Assembly (NCBI RefSeq): GCF_001194135.2
Contig: NC_068984.1
Coordinates: 12,321,431 to 12,360,647 of the forward strand
Source of the DNA: Octopus bimaculoides
Lineage: Eukaryota
Direction of reading: 5' to 3'
DNA length: 39,217 bases
Part shown: one piece after another, positions 1-10,410 of the stretch
Layout: each line of letters begins with the position of its first letter
How positions within the stretch are numbered: the first letter of the stretch is position 1
Translations under genes and position numbers: made by a program
Notes under the pieces: model-generated
The model's input: the letters and a program-made list of their open reading frames with translations, nothing else
What the model was told of the DNA's origin: nothing
Databases searched by the model: none

Positions 1-231
1 GGCACATAAAAGACACCATTTCGAGCGTGGCCGTTTTCGTGCGGGTGACACGTAAAAGCACCCACTACACTCTCTGAGTGGTTGGCGTTAGGAAGGGCAT
101 CCAGCTGTAGAAACTCTGCCAAATCAGACTGGAGCCTGGTGTTGCCATCCGGTTTCACCAGTCCTCAGTCAAATCGTCCAACCCATGCTAGCATGGAAAG
201 CGGACGTTAAACGATGATGATGATGCTGATG
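1..231 (+). mobile_element. RTE-type LINE 3' tail, young copy, cut by the window start
   Basis: GGCGTTAGGAAGGGCATCC...CCATGCTAGCATGGAAAGCGGACGTTAAAC(GAT)n; same sequence follows the RT ORF at 33058-33228. Confidence 0.85.
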
Positions 232-440
232 AGTGTGTTAAATTATAAGGCACCAAAAGAGAATGACTCTCCCCAAGCACAACAGAATATTACTTTATTT
301 AATTTTTGTGGTTCTGGTTTAAAAAAATGTTATGGAAGTTTGCACATTTAACTAGGCTAACTCAAATTTTGAGCATGTCGAATTAATTTACTAAACTGCC
401 CTATGCCCTAATAGTACTCATATGTCTGTATTGTCAGGGA

Positions 441-644
441 TGACTGGCTCCTGTGCCGGTGTCACATAAAAATCACCCACTACTCTCTTGGAGTGGTTGG
501 CGTTAGGAAGGGCATCCAGCTGTAGAAACATTGCCAGATCAGATTGGAGCCTGGCACAGCCTACTGGCTTGCCAGTTCCCAGTCAAACCGTCCAACCCAT
601 GCCAGCATGGAAAACAGACATTAAACGATGATGAAGATGATGAT
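441..644 (+). mobile_element. RTE-type LINE 3' tail
   Basis: Same tail motifs and (GAT)n end. Confidence 0.85.
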
Positions 645-896
645 TTCTTCTTCAATCATACTCTTAAACTGTGATATTGATGTGATGGCAGTCATAATTT
701 CAATATTTAACGTAATGACTGAACGAAAAAGCAAACTTTACAGAAGAGAAAAGGACTTTTATTGTTTGTTTTGGTTTTACATTAAATTAACTTAGCAATT
801 GTGTTCCTAATGCTATCTTTAGTCTAAAAGCATTGGTGTCTTCAGAAAAAACACTAATGTGAAAAAGCTGTTAATGTTTGTATTTTCTATTTTCAG

Positions 897-1016
897 GAGA
901 AGTTGGCCAATATTGCTGTGAATATCTATGTGATGGAAAGTATGGCCTACATGACATCTGGGATTATAGATAGCTATCCTGATGTGGACGTTTCTTTAGA
1001 GGCAGCTATTGTCAAG
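897..1016 (+). CDS. ACAD9: ACAD9 exon (first in window), 120 nt, phase 0-0
   Basis: tttcag|GAG AAG ... GTC AAG|gtaagg; [40 protein letters not shown]. Confidence 0.95.
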
Positions 1017-4000
1017 GTAAGGATAAACATGTGTAGCGTATAAATAAATAGATTTCTTTGTGTTTCATTGGGGAAATATGTAAGCATGGACCACTGCTGA
1101 AATTATGTCAGCTTTCAGTTACAAATATTTTAGAAAAAATTATTTATTAATATAAGGTGAAAATGTAATTTATTCAAAAACTTGTCTTATATAGGTGCAG
1201 CCATGGCTGTGTGGTGGTTAGGGAGCTCACTTTGCGACCATATGGTATTGGATTCAGTCCCACTGTACAGCAAGTGTCTTCTACTATAGCTCTGGGCTGA
1301 CCGATGTGTTGTGAGTGAATCTAGTACATGGAGACTATGTGGAAGCCTGTTGTGTGTTTGTCCCACCACCACTTGATAACTGTTGTTGGTTTGTTTATGT
1401 CGCTTTAACTTAGCAGTTTGAGAAAAGAAACTGATAGAATAAATACCAGGCTTAAAAATAAGTACTTGGGTCGATTTGTTTGACTAAACACTTCATTGTG
1501 GTGCTCCAGCATGGCTGCAGTCCAATGACTGAAACAAGTTGAAGACAAAAAGTAAAAGGGAATATTTCCTAGACTGTGTCATATATTCTCTCGATCTTAA
1601 TCCTTGGTTGCCATGGTAAAATCAAGTGGAAGAACTGTGACAGGAGTTCCAAAGTATTAAGTTTTTGGTATTCTATTCATTTGCAAAATGGTCTTCTCAT
1701 TTGAAATGACTTCATTTACACTATTGTTCCCTGAGGAAGACATGAACATCACAACCTCCCTTGTTACTTTGGTTAAAAAACTCAGCTTTTTTGTAAGTGA
1801 ACAGAATTGTCGTGAAATATATTTCATGGAAAATGAATAATTTTCTCTACCTAAAAAATCCTGGCATTGTTATTGTGGTCAATAAGTTTCCAGTGAACTG
1901 TGTTTATTAATCCAGGGTTCATTTCAACCACTAGCGTAGCTAGGCAGTGGCGGTAGGGGCAGGACTTTTATCCTATTGTAATAGTACGGTATGCAATAAT
2001 ACCCAATATTATATGAAAAAAAGAACTACTGGAAATGCATGACTTTCGGGTCTGCTGTAAGGCAATATGTGTTTTTTGTGGGATCTGGGAGTGGCAAATG
2101 GAAAGGTCGCCCCGGGCGGTACACACTCCAGCTACGCTAGTGATTCCAACTCTTAGTTTTTTCATATTCATGTTCAAGGAATAATTATTTGTTGCAAAGT
2201 AAAGCCTGTGTTATTGAGATACTTTAGGGAATGTTCAGAGAGAGAGATAATGAGTGAGAGTTATCAAAATATTAAGCTTTTTGTTTAAATTTATTATGTT
2301 ATAAAATTATCATTCTCTCTCTCTCTCTACTGTAATTCAGTTGAAGTTGGCACCCAATACTCTATGTAAAGTGGCTGTCATTAGGAAGGGTATCCAGCCA
2401 CAGAAACTAGCCATTGGAGCATAAAGAAGTCCTCTGACCCTTTAGATTCTGTTAAACCATCCTACCCATGCCATTTAATCCTAAGACGAATGTTAGATGA
2501 TGATGATTATCATTGATCCATTTCAGAAAATCATTAAAACTTTGGCTGTGACCACTCTAGCTCTACCTCTTTTCCTATTTCCTCCCCCCCAGCACTGCAT
2601 TCCCAAGCAGCCCCTAAACCCTTTATTTCTTTCTTTCTCATTACCTTTCCTTCATGTTTTCCCATTCTTTCCTTTCCTATTTTCTGATGAAGGATTATTG
2701 TCTGAAATGTCAAGACTCCCTCCCTTTTAAGCATGAAACTAATACAACATTTGTAAAAAACATTTCCCTCACATTTTGTCTTTTTTTTTGCAAATTACCT
2801 AATATATGCATCATCATCATCTTCGTTTAACGTCCGCTTTCCATGCTAGCATGGGTGGGACGATTTGACTGAGGACTGGTGAACCGGATGTCTGTACCAG
2901 GCTCCAATCTGATTTGGCAGAGTTTCTACAGCTGGATGCCCTTCCTAACGCCAACCACTCCGAGAGTGTAGTGGGTGCTTTTTACGTGCCACCGGCATGA
3001 GGGCCAGTCTGGCGGTACTGGCAACAGCCACGCTCAAATGGCAGTGATCCCACTCGGATGGTGCTGCTAGCGCTCCACTGGCACGGGTGCCAGTCATCAA
3101 ATTTGGTTCAGTTTCGATCTCACTTGCCCCAACAGGTCTTCGCAAGCTGAGTTTAGTGTCCAATGAAGGAAGGCTTGCATGGGTGCCAGTCGTTGAATTT
3201 GGTTCAATTTCAATTTTGATGTATATATAACTATTGTTGTTTTCAGATATTCAGTTCAGAAAAGGCATGGGATTCCACAAGTGAATGCTTACAGATTCTG
3301 GGAGGATTGGGTTACATGAAAGAATATCCATATCAAAGGTCTCTACGTGATTGCCGTATATGTATGATATTTGAAGTAAGTCCTCAGTTATAAGGGTTTT
3401 CTATTATTCTAACTGAAACTGTAACTTTCTTAAACTGAACCATAATTTGCATGGTATCTATTGTCATTCTTTACTCTGAGAATATTCAGAAGAGTCTCAA
3501 AACTGCAACAGATTGAAAGAATTCTGTGAAGTTGATCATGACAAACACTAGTTTTTGCCATGCATTCTCTTGTTGACTTACAGCAGTGTTTCTCAACTGT
3601 TTTAAAAAATTTTTTTTTTAATTTATGGACCACATTTTTTCCTATTTTACTCTACTGGACTCCCATAGACATTTGAAGTTTTAAAAATCCCATTATATTT
3701 TTATAATCAAATATTATTAGGAATTGTATAAAAGAAAATTATTATAATATTTTGTACAATGTAGAAGTATAACCAGTTTGTTACTCATATTTAACAATTA
3801 AATCTTACATGGGTTGAAGTGTATAGCTTAGTGGTTAGGGTGTTGGACTCATGGTTGTAAGATTGTGGTTTCCATTCCTGCTTAGTGAGGAGAAATCCTC
3901 ATTAATGTATTGATTAATTCTGATAAAAAGAGGTATTGGAGATAACTTTTGAATTTAAATTGATTAAAAAATAGAATATGGTGTGGTATGCTTGATGTTC

Positions 4001-4725
4001 ATGGTGAACACATTTCAACTTTATAGGACCTCATTAACAATTCCTTTTATGACTTGGATATCTTGTAGAATTTTTAGTGTAAGACAAATTAAAGAGAAAA
4101 TGTTTTTATGTTTAGAAAGTGTTTAAAAGACCGAAACCTTGGCATTGGCCTAAAATATTTTTTCTGCTCTGAAGAAGAGCATGCATCTGAAACAGTAGAT
4201 TTTCTTTCACTTCTCAAGGCAAGTTAGCTCACTTGAATTTTTTTTGCCTATGAACTTATGTAACTTGTTGGCTCCTATGAAACTGTCCAAGCCATGCCAG
4301 TGCATGGAAGATGGATATTAAACAATGTTGATGTTCTGGACTTGTTGGAGATATCTTTTTTTCCCAAGAAATCTGATTGTATGCCTTAACACTAAATATG
4401 CTGTCATAGTATCATCTATATATATAAAAATGAGAATGTGTGTCTGTCTGTCTGTCTGAATCCCTAAAACTCGAGAACTACGCAACCAATTTCATTCAAA
4501 TTTTACACATGCCTTACTTAGGGTTCCAGTTGTGTTTTAGTCAAAAAAAATTTTAACTTCTTCCAGAGTTCGAGCCCACAGCAACATAATATCTCCTCCA
4601 CTATTTAAGTATTACGTGTCAAAAGTGAAACAAAAACACTCATGTCAAATACTTTCACTTTAAAAATGAAGCTATTCTACTAACTGAAACAATCACATTT
4701 CGATACTGTAATGACAGATACTTTC

Positions 4726-4764
<39 letters not shown>

Positions 4765-7700
4765 TGTATATGTATACATACACGTTATTCCACTAACTGN
4801 NNNNNNNNNNNNNNNNNNNNNNNNNNNNNNNNNNNNNNNNNNNNNNNNNNNNNNNNNNNNNNNNNNNNNNNNNNNNNNNNNNNNNNNNNNNNNNNNNNNN
4901 NNNNNNNNNNNNNNNNNNNNNNNNNNNNNNNNNNNNNNNNNNNNNNNNNNNNNNNNNNNNNNNNNNNNNNNNNNNNNNNNNNNNNNNNNNNNNNNNNNNN
5001 NNNNNNNNNNNNNNNNNNNNNNNNNNNNNNNNNNNNNNNNNNNNNNNNNNNNNNNNNNNNNNNNNNNNNNNNNNNNNNNNNNNNNNNNNNNNNNNNNNNN
5101 NNNNNNNNNNNNNNNNNNNNNNNNNNNNNNNNNNNNNNNNNNNNNNNNNNNNNNNNNNNNNNNNNNNNNNNNNNNNNNNNNNNNNNGACTACCCTTTCAG
5201 ATATACTTTCATTGTGATTTCTGCAATGTGGTGCATAAATTGTCAAGTAAATGAGACGCATCTTTGCCTCCACTGATTCACTTGCAAAGTGTTGAGTAAA
5301 ATTATTTCGTTGCAGACCTCCTTTGGGTCTTTTTATTATCACTACGACACACATAGTCCCCAGTTGGTAACATTGATTTCAAGGCCCTCCTAGATGAGAG
5401 ACTGGCATTCCACTTAATGTCTATGTTCCATGCTGGCATGGATTGGAGAGTTATTAATGTAGAAATATGGTATCGTAGCTACTAACAGTTGAGGGTTGCG
5501 TAATCTAGACGGCGTTTTTAGATTTCATTATTCTCTTTAACCCGGGCAAAGCCGGGTATTTCTGCTAGTAACCAATAGATTTTGAATTTGTTATACAAAT
5601 ATTTGATTTAATTAGCTGTATTTTTGTTGGAGTAGTTTGATAATTCTACTTTATTTTAATCTTTTTTATTTTCTAGGGAACCAATGAAATCTTGAGGCTA
5701 TTTGTTGGACTCACTGGTTTAAAACATGCTGGTGTATCTTTGAAAGAACTAATCAAGTGACTAGAATTTATTTTAATTTACCATGAGTTTGTGAAATCTG
5801 TAACCATCTCTTCTTATTTTTAGAAAAACTCTATCTAAGACTTAATAAATGTTTTCTGTTTTTAAGATGTTGTATATTACTAGGACTGCTACATATTATT
5901 CCCTCTGTGGCAATGTAAAGTGAAGACTATTCAATTCATTTACTGCGTTAGCAAATGAGAGCTATTGAACTAATTACAACAAAGCAGCACCAACGTCCTC
6001 TCAATGATTAGCCAGAGATGATTTTTAAAATGAGAATATCTGAAATAAACTCAACTGCTCTCTTCTACTCAGGAATTTTTAAATGAATAGCATGAGAGCT
6101 TTTGGTTTTCTCTTCTCTTAAATTCTTGCCTCCTTTCGTATTCCTGTTGTATAGAATTATGTATATCTGAAAGTATACTATAACGTGTTAATATGTATAT
6201 GTATATAATTTAAGGGAAATAATCAGAGAACAACTTCATGTAAAGTAAAGTAAATATAACAAATAATCCAGAATCTTTGTCCGGTACCGGATCGATCCCA
6301 AAATCTAATCAGTTTGTGCCAGTCACGAGGCCAAACATCCTTGAAAGTTTCATCTGAATCCATGCAGCAGTTCTTGAGATATCTTGTTCACGGACTTACA
6401 AACAAGCAAACACACTACTGAAAACAATACCTCTGCCTTTGCTAAGGCAGAGGTAATAAAGTATGTAATGTAATTCTGTGTAGCCTGCACCAATTATATT
6501 ACTATCTAGAATCATGAAAAAATACTGAAACTAATTTCAAATATCTTGGTGAAGTTAAACATTTATTATATACACTATAGGTGCAGGGGTGGCTGTGTGG
6601 TAAGTAGCTTGCTTACCAACCACATGGTGTCTTCTACTATAGCCTCGGGCCGACCAAACCCTGGTGAGTGGATTTGGTAGATGGAAACTGAAAGAAGCTC
6701 GTCGTATATATATATATATATATATATNNNNNNNNNNNNNNNNNNNNNNNNNNNNNATATGTATATATATATGTGTGTGTATGTTTGTGTGTCTGTGTTT
6801 GTCCTCCCAGCATCGCTTGACAACCGATGGTGGTGTGTTTATGTCCTCATAACTTAGCGGTTCAGCAAAAGAGACCGATAGAATAAGTACTAGGCTTCCA
6901 AAGAATAAGTCCTGGGGCCGATTTGCTTGACAAAAAGGCAGTGCTCCAGCATGGCTGCAGTCAAATGACTGAAACAAGTAAAAGAGTAAAGAGAGTGCCT
7001 TTATATTTACTGTTAGAAATCCAAACCAAGTTTCTTACTTTAGATTTTCCATTTACTGAAGTTTAAATAACATGGAGTTATTTGGCTGATCGAGGTGAGA
7101 ACAATGATTGTTTCTCTGCTGTCAGCTGTAATGATTTTAGAGCAAAGCTACGCTGTAGCATTATTATAAACCGTTTCAGTTATGAATTAGAGCAAACACC
7201 ACTCCTTCAAATATGTATTTCATTTAATTGCTTTAATGGGAGCAGATAAGGCTTAATGCATATTGTCTAGTGAAGATGACAATACAGTAAAACTGTTGTG
7301 GAGAGTGGAGTATCCAACATTCTGGATGGTCTTTTTATATAGTAAAGAATTGTGTTCATATAATTGTAGAGAGAGAGAGAGATGCAACTTAATTAGATCT
7401 AGTTTAAAGGAACGAGCATGTTATTCATAATTAGCATGGAAGGCAGATGTTAAATGATGATGATGTATATCTGCTATTAAATGATATATAATATATATAA
7501 ATAAATATATATTTATGTATCATTTAATACCAGACATACATCATCATTGATTAACATCCGCCTTCCATGCTGGCATGGGTGGGACAAAGCCAAGGAACTC
7601 TTAGAGCCTTGGGTTTGTCCCACCCATTCCAGCATGAAAGGTGACCGTTAAACAATGATGATGATGTATATCTGGTATTAAATGATATATGTTATATATA

Positions 7701-10378
7701 AATAAATAATATCCTATATGTGTGTGTGTGTGTGTGTATACACATACACTATTTGGATTATATAATTCTAATGACTCGACGTTTTAAATTTCAGGAAATT
7801 AAGAAACCCTCTGAATAATCCAGGTCTTCTTTTCCGGACCATTTACTCCAACATGAGAAACCAAGTGACTGAGCCTAAAATAACTCATGAACTTGCTGAG
7901 GCTGTACATCCATCTTTGAAGGTTGTCATCTTTTATTTATCAGTTCTCTGCTTTATATACATATATACATATATATATATATATACCTCATCTGACGTAA
8001 AACTTTCTATTAACAATTCTCCAAGTAGCATACACATTTTATTCTTTAAAATGAATTTTAATTAAGATAAAACTGTAATTTTTACTCCAGTCATGTAGCC
8101 TTGGATTTTCTCCCACTACATGGGACCTTAACCAAGGTCTTCTACTGTAGCCTTGAGACAACCAAAGCCTTGTGAATGGATTTGGTTGATAGTAACTAAA
8201 AGAAACACACACATATATATTATATTTGTATAAAAAGCATGATAGTGACTTTGAAATTTCAACTTGCAAGACTTCATTAGTCTGACAAAGGCTAGCAGGC
8301 CACAACTTCAACATCACTGTCATCTCTCTTGTAAAAATTTAATAAACATGTACTTTACTAAGAATACTGAGTAATCCTTCAATTTAGTGTCAAATATGTT
8401 TTTATATATAACTTGATATAAAAACAAACTACACCTGTGTATATGTGTGTGTGTGTGTGTGTGTGCCCTTATCTTGAAATCGTTTGATGATTGTAAATGA
8501 GCATCATCATCATCATACAAGTGAAGTTACTTGTTTCAGTTTCCCAAGGGGAAAGGTTACCTTGCTTGGACGCAGGAGAGAATTGGTGACGGGAAAAGTA
8601 TCCAGCTGTTGAGAATCTACCTCAACAAATTCTGTCTGATCCATGCAAACATGGAAAAATGGACATTAAATGATGAGGCTTATGATGATTGTCACTCAGA
8701 ATCTGACTCTGGTGACCTTCCATATTCTACAATTAAAAAAAAAAGGTGCTTATAAGCTGAATGAGTACAAGAATTTTGTTTCTACCTGTTGTTTAGATCT
8801 ATAATCTTGTCATATATTATTTAAATGTTAAGAACACAGCAGTTTTTTTTATTTACATGGGGTGAGTGTACAAATTCTTTAGTCATAAAAATCATTGCTC
8901 TCAACACTTTGCCTGAGCTGTGTATCTCCTGTGATACCCAGATCATATTTCCCTGGCATCCAGGCATCATAAATGATGTATATTTTACATCTTTTCAACC
9001 CCCAGGGTAATGAGTAAATTGGGACTAATGAAGGGTAACCTTTATGTCACTTAGAACATATGAAACAAGGGCTAACTAAAACTTTGAAAATAAGCATGGA
9101 CATTTAGGACAAACTCCTGAATGTGATTAGGACAGAAAAAGAGTTAATGGCTGAAAGTGGTCCATTTCTTGTTTCCTCATTGATGCATTTCATTTTTTAA
9201 TTTTTTAAATCTAACTTTTAGTCAAGAAAGGCAGTATTTGTAATTCTTTACAGTCTGGTAGGAAGGAAGAAGATATCTTCAAACTGGAGACCTGGCTCAA
9301 ATGCTTACTACAGTGTGGACTCTGCCAAAGGCATCCAAAATACCAAGCAATGGTGGTGTTAAACCAGGCAACAGATTAAGTCTATCTTGATTGCAGACAC
9401 TTGAAGAAGTCTATAATTCAACAGACCGTGGGAAAATTTGAACTCACAACTCAAAGAACTGTGGCAAATACCTTAAGGCATCTCTGTCTTGTTTTTACAA
9501 TTCCACTGATGCACCACCATAGATTGTTACCCTTTTTAATTGAATTCTTGAAGTGTGGAAAGCAAAGATGACTTCAGTAGGATTTGAACTTGAAATACAG
9601 ACTGTTTGATCAAATTTCACCAGGCATTCTCTCTGATGTTCTAATGGCTGTCAATTCAGTTGCTTAACCTTTTAGACTTTTAATTGTGATCTTTGAGTGA
9701 AACATTCCTATAAATAAATCATTCTTATGGCTGCTAGAGTTGTTAGCAGCATTTCTTCTGCTTTTATATTTTGAATTCAAATGTTACCAAGGTTGACTGT
9801 GTCAGTCCTCCTTTCAGGGTCGATGAATCAAGTACCAGTTAAGCACTGGGGTTAATGTAATTGATTTAATGTTTCCCCTAAAATTGCCAGCCTTGTACCT
9901 TAATTTGAAGAGCAATAAGGCAGAATCGTTAAAGTTTCCGAAAAATTGCTTTGCAATATTTGTTTCAGATCTTTAAATTCTGATTTCAAATTTTACCCAT
10001 CAGGGTCACAAAATAAAATACTAGTCAAAAACCAGGGTCAGTCTCATTGAATTACTCCTTCCCTGAAAATTGCCGGCCTTGTACCAAAATTAGAGTGCAT
10101 GGTTATGAAGAATAGCTGGCATGAAGTTTACAGATTTTCAGTTTTTGGTTGTTGTAAGTAATATCAATGCATTAGAGAAAAGAATGAATGAATCAACTTC
10201 CCCTTTCAAATTAATATAAGCATGGCTGTGGTAAGAAGCTTGCTTCCCAACCACATGGTTTTGCTTTCAGTCCCACTGCGTGGCACCTTGAGCGAGTGTT
10301 TTCTACTATAGCCTCAGGCTGACCAAAGCCTTGTGAGTGGATTTGGTAGACAGAAACTGAAAGAAGCCTGTTGTATGT

Positions 10379-10410
<32 letters not shown>

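Larger units (their letters stand above)
4415..5568 (+). mobile_element. Non-autonomous Helitron-like element (spans a gap)
   Basis: A|TCTATATATATAAAA 5' end; 3' CCCGG-gcaaag-CCGGG hairpin then CTAG|T; no TSD, inserted between A and T. Confidence 0.8.

Noticed and set aside
2684-2706. Hammerhead-like core CTGATGA-stem-GAAA (also CTGATGAG at 226)
   Set aside because: No stem I/III with a valid NUH cleavage triplet; the second case has CAAA instead of GAAA.
4711-5354. Long ORFs spanning N runs (also 6555-6977 and most ORFs in 32492-33191)
   Set aside because: Length comes from gaps and microsatellites; only the RTE frame starting at 32492 has protein similarity.
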